Below are positions 38,451 through 50,777 of a stretch of 64,000 nucleotides of DNA, one piece after another. The stretch is from Squalus acanthias (Eukaryota), in contig CM059435.1 in NCBI GenBank assembly GCA_030390025.1, positions 93,248,001-93,312,000 of the forward strand, written 5' to 3'. The notes below the pieces were generated by a model, which ran no database searches, was not told the origin of the DNA, and was given only the letters and a program-made list of their open reading frames with translations. Every line of letters starts with the position of its first letter. Within the stretch, counting starts at the first letter, position 1. A program made the position numbers and the translations under genes.

Positions 38451-40679
38451 AACACAACAACCTTGACTTCAGTTTTCTTGTTATGAATGCTTCTATCATT
38501 CATATGCATGCACCTTAATAAGTCAAGGCTATCCTACAGAGTATTCCTTAAGTAAGAATTTACTGCAATAGAATGATTGAGAATAATTCACGTATGGAAA
38601 GAGCATACTTTTAAATCCAATATACAGAAACGCCTTTCAGCTAAAAAGGGTGTCTTATTGAAACTTGTGCATAGGATTGCATTTGAAAGACCTAAACTAA
38701 ATATTAAAATAAAATCCTGGTAATTTTTTTTTACAAATATAAGCAATTGAAGTGAATGACCCTTGGGAAATGCTTGATTGATCTTATGGGCTTTTCCTCA
38801 ATGAGTTTGCAAACGGTACCTGTCACATCTTTGCCTACAATTGCACAAAACTGGTTGAGCTGTTCTCTCCTTTGCACAATTGCTAAGATTATTTACTTGT
38901 AAGGTCATTCAGTTTCAAATTTCACTGATTTTTCTTCCTCACATAAATTCCTGCATTTTAAAATAGTGTCCAGTTTTTAAAAAAATGTTTACATGCTCTT
39001 GCCACATCTCACAATCTGTTGAAATCTTTTGATTTTGGTTTGTCTTGACAGATGTGTTCCTGTGTACCTGTTTGAGCTGCACTTGGAGATATAGCACCCA
39101 GTGTCATCTGTGACACTTGCTCTGATTCCTTCTCTAGTCGGCATTCACACAACTGAAAATTAAAGATGTTAATTTTTTGTTTCCATTTCGGATTGCCATT
39201 TTTCTCCCCTCCCTTCCTCTCCTGTAGATGTTGACTCCTTGCTCAAATATAGTTTCACAGGCAAATGGGCATAATGTGAATGTTGGCAAGGTATTCAACT
39301 GTGGAAGGACATCCTAGCTGAGCCAAATCCTGTCCCATCTGATGTCCACTCCTGACCATTTGCAGTAGGGGTCACCAAATGCCAATATAGAGCAGGAATT
39401 CTAGTTAATTTTCTCCTCTCTAACCCAGTGGCATTTTGGCCACTTTTAGTGCTTCTCCCACTTCCTAAGCTGTGATCTGCCTTGTCTGTATGTCACAGCT
39501 GCTCATTGGATAAACTGACTGAGCCAGCGGGGATCCCATAAATGTCTTTTTATTAACATCACGCTGCTTCCTTTGTCCTGGCCAGCTGACAGGTTCTCAA
39601 TTGCTATGCTAGAATTTGCAGATTCTAATTTTTATCCCCAACCTTTTTGTATCTCTGCTCCCTCCCTCCCTTCATTCACTCGTTCTCTTGTCTAAGCAGC
39701 CTTTGCTACTAGCTTGATCTAATTCAAATCTAATACTCCTGAGGGTTCAACTCCCTAACCTGACATTAGGGGAAATGTGCTTTTTTTATGCTTGTTTATT
39801 TAGGTTATACGGCTTTAAAAAATCTTTCTATTTTGTTTTTTTTAAATGTGTATCCACATAGTAGAAGATTGATTGTAAATGCATGCAAGAGATTTTGATG
39901 ACTTAATCACTTTTTAACCCAGGTAATTCAAGGGGGAGTTATGAAGATGAGCAGCACTACCTTTAATGAGTAGCATCATAATAGCCATTATCCGATTAAT
40001 CACTGCCCACTGACTCTAACCAGTAGAATTACTATTAGCAAATTAAACACAACTGGGGCAAAAAAGAGGCAGCATCTTAAATGATATTCGAAATTAACGA
40101 TAAGAAAGAAATCTGGTTTATTTACACCTATTTTGTGAATTTTATGATAACCGATTTCTTTAATTACATAGTGGGATACATTCTGAAAAAGTGATATTAA
40201 TGCTATACCTATTCCTATTGTGCTGGACACCAAACTGTTGTTGAATGTTTGTTTCATTTTGTAGTTAAAAATTAATGTGTTTAAAAGTGTGAAATTATGT
40301 GGTCATTATTCTTTTTAAAATATATTGCAAATAATTTCTGCTACTATTTTATGTTTCTTTTATCTGAGATCTATTTTCAAGTAAACAGATATGCAGAGGT
40401 ATAGAGAATTGCTGCTATAGGTTGGAATCTGGGAAACCAGCATCCATTAATTGCTTCCAATGATTACGCTACAGAACCCAACTTCTGACAGCAGCATCGT
40501 AGCCTCACAGAAAACTAGGTCTCTACTTCTGCTGGGATAAGGGAGCTAGATTTAGTAGTGTAAATTATGGAAGCTAGCCCATGGACACCATTATCTCTGA
40601 ATCTGAATTAAAACTGCATTAAAACTGTATCAGTGCAAAGGCTACTTTATAGTGTATTCCAACACACTGCACCGCAAAG

Positions 40680-41065
40680 GAAAGAACGAAAAAACTTGCA
40701 TTTATATAGCATCTTTCACGAACTCGGGACATCCCAAAGCGCTTTACAACCAATGAAGTGCTTTTGAAGTGTAGCCACTGTTGTAATGTAGGAAAACTGG
40801 CAGCCAATTTGCACACAGCAAGCTTCCTCAAACAGCAATGAGGTAATGACCAGATAATCTGTTTTAGATGTTGGTTGAGGAATAAATGTTGGCCAGGACA
40901 CCAGGGAGAACTCCCCTGTTCTTCTTAGAATAGTGCGATGGGATCGTTTATGTCCACCTGAGAGGGCAGACGGGGCCTCGGTTTAACGCCTCATCCGAAA
41001 GATGGCACCTCTGACAGTGCAGCACTCCCTCAGTACTGCTTCTTCTTACTCAGTACTGCACTGAA
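40680..41065 (-). mobile_element. Deu-domain SINE (SacSINE1-like)
   Basis: Core GTCCACCTGAGAGGGCAGACGGGGCCTCGGTTTAACG..TCATCCGAAAG matches the DeuSINE central domain as I recall it. L2-type tail. Confidence 0.8.
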
Positions 41066-41159
41066 TGGTAGGCTATCGATTTTTCAGCTGGGGTTCAGCA
41101 ATATTGAACTTTCAATCTCCTACCACCTAGTGAATGGTTACAACGCACCTTTTATAAAT

Positions 41160-41728
41160 CATTGGTTAGGCCTTGTCTGGAACATTGTGTTCCATTCTGT
41201 GGACCGCACTTCAGGAAAGATGTCGAGGCCTTGGAGAGGGTGCAGAAGAGATTTACTAGAATGCTACCAGGGATGAGGAAATGCAGTTATGTGGAGAGAC
41301 TAGATCTGTTTTTATTCTAGATAAGCTGGGGTTGTTCTCTTTAGAGCAGAGAAGGTTAAGGGGAGATTTAATAGAGGTATTCAAAATTGTGGAAGGGGAT
41401 TGATGGAGTAGTTAGTGAGAAACTGTTTCCATTGGCAGGAGGTTCGTTAACCAGAGGACACAGATTTAAGGTAATTGGCAAAAGAAACGGGGAAGATGAG
41501 TTTTTTTATTGATGCAGTGAGTTGTTATGATCTAGAATACATTGCCTGAAAGGGTGGTGGAAGTGGATTCAGTAGTAACTTTCAAAAGGGAATTGGATAT
41601 ATACTGGAAAAGGAAACATTTGCAGGGCTATGGGAAAAGAGCAGGGGACTAATTGGATAGCTCTTTCAAAGAGCCGGCACAGGCACGATGGGCTGAATGG
41701 TCTCCTTCTATGCTGTAAGATTCTATGA
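41160..41728 (+). mobile_element. CR1 LINE 3' fragment
   Basis: Same family as 21262-21792, ATTCTATGA tail. Confidence 0.88.
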
Positions 41729-42784
41729 TAGCTCACCTGTCTGGACCCTTGCTCCAGTAATGGGACATGACATATGGGTACTACAAATTAAGGACAAAAT
41801 TATTTTTTTTAAAAGTGGCAATATTGATAAAAATCCATTTTTTTCTAAAGGTATTTATATGATAAGTTGTGCTATGTTTTGTCCCTTATAACCTTTTATA
41901 AGGCAATAATTAGGATTTCAAAAGTGTTGAAGGTTTGTTAATGGGATATTTATGTATTTTGTTTTTGGCAACTATTGATTCGGAATCTGAATTAAAACCA
42001 CTTCTAATTGCACGTAAAATAAGTTGCTAATTTCGTTATCGCTGACCATTAATTTCATCATATCTGAAATTTGGAGAGCTGCTCATAAAGTAACCAGTGA
42101 CAAATGAGCAAGTTGTTACATGCAGTGATGCTCATCCTACACATACGAAGCTAATAATGAGGAGAAAAACACCTGGTTGAACTACATTTTGCTATCAACA
42201 CTGTATTCAATTAAACTAAAGATTTTAATCCAGCTGATTTAAATCTTGGCAGGAACATCAAAGACCACCGTGAGCACATTTTGCAGCTTCAATTAATTCT
42301 TATAAAATATTGTGACCAGGCCAGTTGATACCCACGAGCAAGCTAAACTACGCAAATTAGAGCCTCCGGCATCATGTGGCACATTGCACAAAGAGCTGGG
42401 TAGGAGTTTATGTTGCAACATAATCTTTTTGGGCTATATTAACCCCTTGATGACTAGAACCTGCTGGATTATCCAACAGTTAGGAAAGTTGGGGGGGATT
42501 AGGATTTTATCTTCACTGCCTGAGTTAAGCATCACCTGGATGGAACATAGAAAAGAAAATCTGGCAGAAAGAATCATACACCACTTACAGAAAAAGCTGG
42601 ATTTTTTTCCCCCCATTAATTTCAATGAAAGGAAAATTGGGTGGCTACTGTTACTGGCATGTGATCCTTCCCACCAGATTTTCCTTTCTGTGCACTGCCA
42701 GTTGATCCTTAACACCCAGGTAGCAAAGTCAAAAATCTGCCCCTAGTTGTCAACAGGATTGCCTCTGAACATGAAAGTTGTGAC

Positions 42785-42866
42785 ATAAGAACCGGACAAT
42801 TAGGAGCACGAGTAGGCCATATGGCCCTCGAGCCTGCTCCGCCATTCAATAAGATCATGGCTGACC
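42785..42866 (-). mobile_element. CR1 3' UTR fragment
   Basis: CATAAGAA..GAGTAGGCCATATGGCCCTCGAGCCTGCTCCGCCATTC. Confidence 0.75.
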
Positions 42867-43721
42867 TGCGTGGAGAAGATTCCAAAACTTTAATGAAACT
42901 GATGATGAAGAACTGTAATGCGTTTATGGTTGCAAAAGGAGGAAACTGATGATATTTGGATTGGGTCATAACTGAATGGGAGTGAAAAATCTCACACTTG
43001 GCAATGCTGATTTTTTTTCTCCAGATACCTATAGGGAACACCTTAAAATCCTAGAGTACTGACCAAGTACTTTCAAATAAGTGGACAATGAAGGTACCAA
43101 GCCAGCAAATAGTAAAGAAAAAATAATTTTTTTATTTTTAAACTTTTAACATTTTGGTTTTTTTTGGATTTGCTACAGCTTGTGTAGTCTAACCATGCAG
43201 GTAGATCCTTCAAAAGTTACTACGGTGCTAAATAACGTTCTTTGGAATACCATGTATGCTGCATGTGCATATCTGTGTCATGCTTAAGTGTTTTCTGAAA
43301 GGCAAAATGTCTCTCCATTCATTTCAATTTACATTACTTTCTGTAAAAGTGGATGATAATAAATATGGCCTCGATTTTGCCGGCGCTCGGGACGGATTTG
43401 GAGGCGGGTCAGGTGGTAAAATGGCTAAAAATGCCGGTGGGTTCCGATCCCGCTGTCAACCCGCCTCCGTGCAACTTTGCCAAAGGCGGGCTTGCAGACT
43501 CCCGTTCGGTCCCGCCACCAAGCGGCGGGATAGGCCCTTAAGGGCAGTTAACTGGTTGTTAACTGCCTGTGTAATCCTATTTTGCCTGCCCTTTTAAATT
43601 TTAAAACATTTTCAGCGTGTTCCACGTTGTTCACAAACCACGCCAGCTAATTGTGTCGGGTTCACAAGTGGCTGCCTTCTTGACAGCTGCAGCTCCAGCA
43701 TAAAAATGTAGACGAAACTCA

Positions 43722-44218
43722 AAAGGTTAGTATGCAGGTGCAGCAAGTGATTAAGAAGGCAAATGGAATGTTGGCTTTCATTGCTAGGGGGATAGAATAT
43801 AAAAATAGGGAGGTATTGCTTCAGTTGTACAAGGTATTGGTGAGACCGCACCTGGAATACTGCATACAGTTTTGGTGTCCTTACTTAAGGAAAGACATCC
43901 TTGCTCTCGAGGCAGTGCAAAAAAGGTTCACTCGGTTAATCCCGGGATGAGGGGGTGGTCATATGAGGAGAGGTTGGGTAGATTGGGACTCTACTCATTG
44001 GAGTTCAGAAGAATGAGAGGCGATCTTATTGAAACATATAAGATTGTGAAGGGGTTGGATCGGGTGGATGCGGGGAGGATGTTCCCGATGACGGGTGAGA
44101 TGAGAACTAGGGGACATAGTCTTAGAATAAGGGGCTGCTCTTTCAAAACTGCGATGAGGAGGAACTACTTCACTCAGAGGGTGGTAGGTCCATGGAATAT
44201 GCTGCCACAAAAAGCTGT
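43722..44218 (+). mobile_element. CR1 fragment inserted in the Harbinger 5' region
   Basis: Reads QVQQVIKKANGMLAFI...[13 protein letters not shown]...LYSLEFRRMRGDLIETYK. Confidence 0.9.
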
Positions 44219-44399
44219 CTTTCATCAAGGATCAGTTGCAGGTGGCAGAACTTTGTTTTTTCAGGTTATGGAAAACTTTTTGCAGGTCTACTGATTTTGG
44301 AAGTGGTGAAGCTGAAATCCATCTTCATTGTGGCCTCCTGGGAAAACCCTCTCCCCACATTGACTGAGCGATTCCTCAACTGAGATATCTACCAGCAGC

Positions 44400-45611
44400 A
44401 TGGGAACTATTTATTTCCTTTCATCCTGGTCCTCAGATTAGGAGGAAGAGCAGCTGCGGCAGCAGCAGAACCAGGAACAACAGCAGCAGCAACAACAGGA
44501 GCGCCAACCTGCTGCTTACCCACCTGAAGCTGCACAGGGCAGAAGGCGTCAGCGCAGGGAAGCACGTCACCACAGGAGCTACCCCCAACACAGGGTTTAC
44601 AGGCCGAGGAGGAGCTTCCTCAACATGAGTGAGCAGCAGTGCCAAAGGAGGCCGAGACTTTCGCGAGAAGTAGTCGCTGACATCTGCGCAATGCTGCACC
44701 AACACCTGGAGCCCAGAGGAGCGGGTGGACACCCCTTACCAGTGGCTGTTAAAGTCACCACCGCCCTCAATATTTTTGCTTCAGGGTCCTTCCAGGGCTC
44801 ATCAGCAGACATCAGCGGCATCTCCCAGTTGGCCACACACACTTGCATCACGCAGGTAACCGATGCCCTCTTTGCCAAGGTGCACAATTACATACACATC
44901 TTGACAGATCAAGCAAGTGTAACCGCGCGTGTGGTTGGCTTTGCAAATGTGGCAGGTTTGCCAAGGGTGCAGGGCGTCGTAGACTGCACACATGTGGCCC
45001 TTAGGGCACCCCATCACAACCCAGCTGTTCTTGTCAACCGCAATGGCTTCCACTCCCTCAGCGTGCAGCTGGTGTGTAACCACAGGAAGGACATTTTGCA
45101 TGTTTGCATGAAGTACCCTGGCAGTTGTCATGACTCATTCATCCTGCGGCAGTCTAGTGTGCCTCTGCTCTTCAATCCGCCAAACCAACTTTCCGGGTGG
45201 CTACTTGGAGACAAGGGCTATCCCCTGAAGACGTGGCTGATGACGCCGTTGAGGAGGCCATCGAACGAAGCTGAGGAGCGCCACAATGCCAGCCACATTT
45301 CGACCAGATCCATTATCGAGCAAACCATCGGCTTGCTGAAGGTGCAATTCAGATGCCTTGATAGATCAGGTGGAGCCCTACAGTATTCAGCAGCCAGGGT
45401 CTCCAGAATCGTCATGGTCTGCTGTGAACTGCACAACATCGCACAGCATCGTGGCTTGCAGCTGCCTGAGGAACAAGTGGCTCAGCACATAGCCTCCTCC
45501 TCGGAGGAGGAGGAAGACCTTGCGGAGGCAGATGCGCCAGTTCCAGCAGCACGCGAGCACATTGCTGCCCGGGATGCAAGGGATGCACTAATCTTTGCCA
45601 GAATCGCTTAA
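44400..45611 (+). CDS. Harbinger DDE transposase (HARBI1-like). Open from 44442 (Met at 44625); upstream in-frame ATG at 44400 is followed by TAG at codon 14
   Basis: Motifs [55 protein letters not shown]. Gln/Glu-rich N-terminus and acidic C-terminus. Confidence 0.93.
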
Positions 45612-45891
45612 GTAGACAAATCAAACAAATGTGGCTGGCACTTTCTTAACACACCATACACAATGTACAAGAACCTATGGGTTCCTATCACTCTCACCAC
45701 CATCATTACAAATGCAAGTCGCCCTGAGCCCTCAATGTGGAACTTCCATTTCCGAAATCACATAGGCCAGAACTTCAACTGTTTGCCATCACTTCTGTTT
45801 AATCCATTCACAAAAGGATGACAATGTCAAATATTAAAGAAAACAAAAGACAACAGAACACCCAAGTGACTATCTTGTGACTAATTGTGCT

Positions 45892-47826
45892 TTATTTTCC
45901 TCTTGCGCGTGCTTCTACGTGGTGCCTCCCCTGTGGCTTCAGCAGATGTGAAGGCACCTTGCTCACTCTCATACTGCTCCTGCTTCGACACCTTTGGTGG
46001 GCGTCCTCTGGGTTTGCGAGCCTGTGAGGGCTCGGCAACAGTCTGTTCCTCCTGCGTCTGTGCCGGGGCTGAGACGCCCCTGGGTGAGGACTCTGGTGGG
46101 GCTCTGACCGAGGGATACTCAGTGGCATGGGAGTGTGAGCGCTTGGAGAGGAGCCCCCACTTCCTTGTTGCCTGCCACCAACATCCCTCTCATGGGTCAG
46201 CCCCACTTCAGTGCTAGCAAGTGGCTTGACAGCACCTTGCTGCACATCAGGGGGGCCATGAGGACCCGTATCTGCACTGGCAGTCCTGCTCAAAAGGACT
46301 TCCATGAAGCTCTGGTTTCTCTGCTCAATAGCTGCCCATCGCTCCTCCAGAGATGTCAGTCTATTCTGAACATTCACCATGTTTTCCTGACTCTGGCGAC
46401 TTATTTCCTCATGGCCGTAGCCAGCCTTTCCACGGAGGTTGTCATTCTTTCCGTGGTGGTGCGTTCATACGCCATTGCCTCCACAAAGGCACTGTTCATG
46501 TTAGACATGGACTCCTCCATCCTCTCCACACTCGCAGTAACCCTGGAGACAAAACCTGCCAGAGACTCCTGCATTTGTTCCTGGAGTTCCAGCATCGCTC
46601 TCTTTCTGGATGGACCCGGAGGCACAGGGTCCACATGCAGCTGAGCAGAGCTGGGAGCGCCCTGCGGCCTCTGAAGACGACTCTCCACTGCTGTCCCTGT
46701 CTATACTATCTGCTGATGCTCACTTGTGAACTGTGAACACCAGGTGACAACGCTACTCTATCTCCCGAAGGTTCCACCGAGGTGTGCGTTTCTGCGCTGG
46801 TGCTGGGTGCGCTTAATTCTGCTGACGCTGCGTCCTCAGAGGTTGCAGGTTCCTTTGAAGAGTCTTCTGGCTCCGCTTCTTCCTCCTGGACAGTGGGGAG
46901 GGGGGTCTGTCGATGGTCCTGTGGGGGAAGTAAAGGCATGAGTTAGACATGTGATATTAACGTAGCATGCACATGGACTTGTGCAGATGATCATAAGTCA
47001 ATCTGTATGAGCATCAGAAGCCATATCAGTCACTCATGCAATGTAAATGAGAGAGATGCAAAACTATTCTGTCACTGATGCGCCCGACTGTCCGTCCCCC
47101 ACTTCCAGATCCTCCTCGGCTCCAACGATCTCTAGGGCCGCCTCCTCAGCGCTGGTGAGATGGGCTATTGAGGGTGGCCCTCCTCCTGTCTTCGCCCTTT
47201 CCCTCTTATTGTGGGCTCTCTTTTCCTGCAATGAGGGACACAAGTAGAGTTTGAGTGAGAATGATGGAGTGAGTGTAGAGAATCCATAGCATAGATGCTT
47301 GGAAGGAGACAAAGATGGAGTGAGGTCCCAATACCAAGGGCCATCCCTGTGTGTTGTTAGTTGTTGTCATTGCAAAACAGTGATAGGGAGTGTGAGGGCA
47401 CCATAGTCGAATAGTGAAGTGATTTTGTACATAGAGAGAGAGGGATGGTTAAGGGTGCAAGGGATGTAAGGGTAAAGTGGGATGTGTAGGAGGAGGTTGA
47501 TACTGCGGAATGCTGATGCTGAGAGGAGATGGGGAGCAGAATGAGGGTAAAGGTGATGGTATACTCACTTTTCCTGTGCGGACAAGGTCATTAAACCTCT
47601 TTCAGCACTGCAGCCAGGTTCTGCTGCACATCGATCTGGAGCTTACCTCCTGAGCCAGTTGCAGCCACACAGCTTTGGTCTGCTGGGGAGATTTTTTCCT
47701 CCCAGAGGAAGGAAAGAGCACCTCCTTTTGAGCTCTGGTTCCCTCTACCAGAGCATGGAGGAGGGAGTCATCGAAGCGAGGTGAGGCCTTGGGCCTTGAG
47801 CTAGACATTTCAGGAGTATCAAACAA
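45892..47826 (-). pseudogene. Harbinger Myb/SANT-like DNA-binding protein gene, ~3 exons, disrupted
   Basis: Exon 1 reads PRFDDSLLHALVEG...W..LAQEV...RTWLQC*KRFNDL, with a GTGAG donor at ~47568. Exon 2 reads EKRAHNKRERAKTGGGPP. Exon 3 follows a CCCCACAG acceptor (~46918) and is acidic/coiled-coil, with premature stops. Confidence 0.85.
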
Positions 47827-48649
47827 TTAGCAAAGTCTTCACTCTGGAAGTACAAAGGTAGAAAATGAACCAAGGCTGCTTGGAGCCCTTAAAAGCAGCT
47901 GGATAAATGACGTTAACAGAGGCGAGTTTCAGACCCAAAAGACTAATTGGGCCAGGGGAGCGCACATGCAGGGAATCAATTGCCCAATTAGGGCAAAATT
48001 GCAAATTTATCCCGCCTGATAGCAGAGGCGGGAGCGTGACCCGCCGACCACCTGACCCACACCCAACCAATGGCAAAATCGAGCCCTATATCTTTTGTTT
48101 GATTTATATAAGTTTGCAGTTTCTGTATATGATAACTTATCAGCTGTTGCAAGAGATTTTGTATTTAGTGACTCTGTTGTTCAGGTCTTAGGAGATTGAT
48201 GTCTGTAAGCTGACTCCCCTTGTTTGCATTTTTAAAACTGGCCCTCTTTGTCAAATGACAGAAATGTAGACCGACAAAAATGTTGGTCTACAATTTTTCA
48301 TTGTGGACCTACATTTTAGTGGATGAGGATACTAATTTTAGCAGTTTAAACATAAGGGACCAGTACATTCTGAAACCTAAAGTATGGAAGTGCCAAATAT
48401 AAAAGGGCCTTTACTGGTCCCTATACTGAAATGTTCAGCCTCTACATCTACATTAACCTATTCACCTGAAAAAAACTTGTATTTATCATGTTTTTGAAGC
48501 ATCTCAAAATGCTTCACTCAATGTATTGGCGTGGAGTGACTATTGATGGATGCAAATAAGTTCAGTTTACAGCAAACCTTGTTTAGTGATAACTGAAATT
48601 AGAGCATTTGGCATAAATGTCTTAAGCTGACTCCAATCTACAAGTCAAT

Positions 48650-49100
48650 TTCATTTTATTCTTTACTGGCCTCCCATCCGCCCTCCTGCAAAAACTCCCA
48701 ACTTTTAAAACTCAGCAACCCTAAATCTTGCACTGTAATAAATCTCGCTTGCACGCTATCCCTCTCCTTATTGATGCACACTGGCTCCCTGTCCCCATAA
48801 GCATTGAATTTAAAAATGTTGTCCTGATTTTCAAGTTCCACCTCCGCCTCATCTCACCCTATGTTTTCAACCTCTTCCAGGCTGGCATCCTCTCCCACAC
48901 CCTTGCGGCTTCTGACTCTGGCCATCTGTGCATCCCATCTGCCTTTGACCCACTGTTGAAGGCTGAGCTTTCAGCTGCCTTGGCTCCAGTCTCTGGGGTT
49001 CCTCCCTTAACCTTTTTTCCTCTCTTTGCTCTTCATCTTTAAAAGTCTTCTTAAAACCCAAATTTTCGACCAACCTTTCAGTCACCTCTCCTATCTCTGT
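48650..49100 (+). mobile_element. Degraded L2 LINE 3' end
   Basis: Reads PLLIDAHWLPVPISIEFKNVVLIFK, resembling the L2 LHWLP..RI.FK motif. CTTTAAAAGTCTTCTTAAAACC terminus. Confidence 0.75.
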
Positions 49101-50380
49101 CACTGTGGCTCATGCTTTCTGATTTTTCTATGTAGACACTTCCCAGGTTTGACTTAATTAAGAGCACTGTATAAAAGAAAGTTGTCATCACTGTCCGTGT
49201 CATGATTCTGACAGAGTGCATTAGAAGAAGTGGATACAAAGTTGGGTAGCAATAATGTTTTTTGAGGATCATGGAAAAGAGAGGGAAGTTGCAGATGGCG
49301 TCAATAATTGCAGAGGATGGAGGGGTCAAGGGTGGACTTCAGGGGGAATGCCAATAAGCATTGGACTGAGGAAGATAGTTGAGTAGTCAGTGACTGGGTT
49401 CTTTTCTCCCTGGAGCCGAGAAGTGAGGCAGAGGGGATGGAAAAGAAAGGTTGAAAAGCAGTTTGTGATGGAGAATTGAGGTGTTGAATTTTCTTTGTCC
49501 TCCGGAATTATTCTTTGGTGACCAGAAGAACTCTGTAAAGATTCCCTTGTGCAACTGTACTCTCCTAAATGTCAGTATAAGGATTAGATCCCATAGTCAT
49601 TTGATCAGACTAGTTACAATTAAGCATTTGGAATTTCTTAACAATTGTTCTATAATCATCTGGCAATCTAGAGAAAGTTTTCTTCACCTAAAAATGAAAA
49701 CAAATGAAACCAGATTGCCAACCTCTAAATATCCCCTCCATCCGAGCCTCTGATTCCTATTTTCATGCAATTTGTTTAGAGTGAAATATATCTTGAAGAC
49801 AATTTTGGTTTGTAGCCATTTGAGTGGTGTATTCTACAATAATGGGTCAACAAGTGGGGTGAAATCTCTAAGAGACACTTAAATACTTAAGTGTTTTTAG
49901 CTTTGAATTTTTGCTTCATCATGGCAGACGTCTAGTGTAACTTAATTTGTTTTGCACTGTCAATAGCACTCTTGGGGGATTACTAAGAGATGCACAAGAG
50001 TGCCATATGGAGACCAGTTTTCTCTTTTCTCCACCTGCAAGCTTTTATGGTTTATCCACAGCTTTCACTTTATCCCTCATCGCAGCACCACAGCTGAGAT
50101 CAGGCGCTTGAAGGGTCAACCCACATGCTACCTTGGGGACCAGGTAAAATAGTGAAGAAATCCAACCACCCTTGAAACGCAACATAAAGGGTAGTTTGAC
50201 CAGAAAATGACAGCACAGATTAGACACAGTAGAGCATGTTTTGGTGAGCTGGAACATTACAAATTTAAACAGTTATACAAAAAGGCTTCCTTGTTACTGA
50301 AAAAGCATTACTAACAACAGAGGGCTTTCCAAAGTCATGGACCAAAATTGCCAAAGTTAAAATAAATGCAAGAATCCCCA

Positions 50381-50516
50381 TGTAATATATGTGGGTAGAA
50401 CAAATGAAGGACAGAGACACGAGGAGTTGCTAGTCAAGGTGCTTGTTTACTAGGCCAGACCGAACTGAGCATGCTCATACTAAAACATGTGACAAATCAT
50501 GTGATAATACATTGCA
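50381..50516 (-). repeat. 3' LTR of Gypsy element
   Basis: Direct repeat of 58806-58941 (~15 substitutions by eye). Preceded on the minus strand by purine tract AAAAAAGGGAAAGCAG. Confidence 0.95.
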
Positions 50517-50777
50517 CTGCTTTCCCTTTTTTAAAAAAAAATGTACATATTCCCCTCTCAAATACAACAAAATTATGGTCCCACCTTTCCTAGCATTACA
50601 TGTACCACATAACAAAAACTCCTGGCTTTTTTTCTTTTAAATCAACTACAAATGCTACAAATGAACTACAAATCCAGTTAAATAACAGGTTTGCGGAGCC
50701 TTCCTGATCTCCTTACAAAAGGTTTTGGTGTTGAACCAATTTTCAGGCTGTTTTTTGGCTCCAAACTCAAAGTAGGT

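Larger units (their letters stand above)
43367..48086 (+). mobile_element. Near full-length autonomous-type Harbinger/PIF transposon
   Basis: 15-bp TIRs GGCCTCGATTTTGCC / GGCAAAATCGAGCCC (1 mismatch), TSD TAT on both sides. Convergent transposase and Myb/SANT genes. Confidence 0.95.

Noticed and set aside
39100-39530. Possible old tRNA-headed SINE on the minus strand (TGGCTCAGT A-box-like)
   Set aside because: No clear B box or second copy to support the boundaries.
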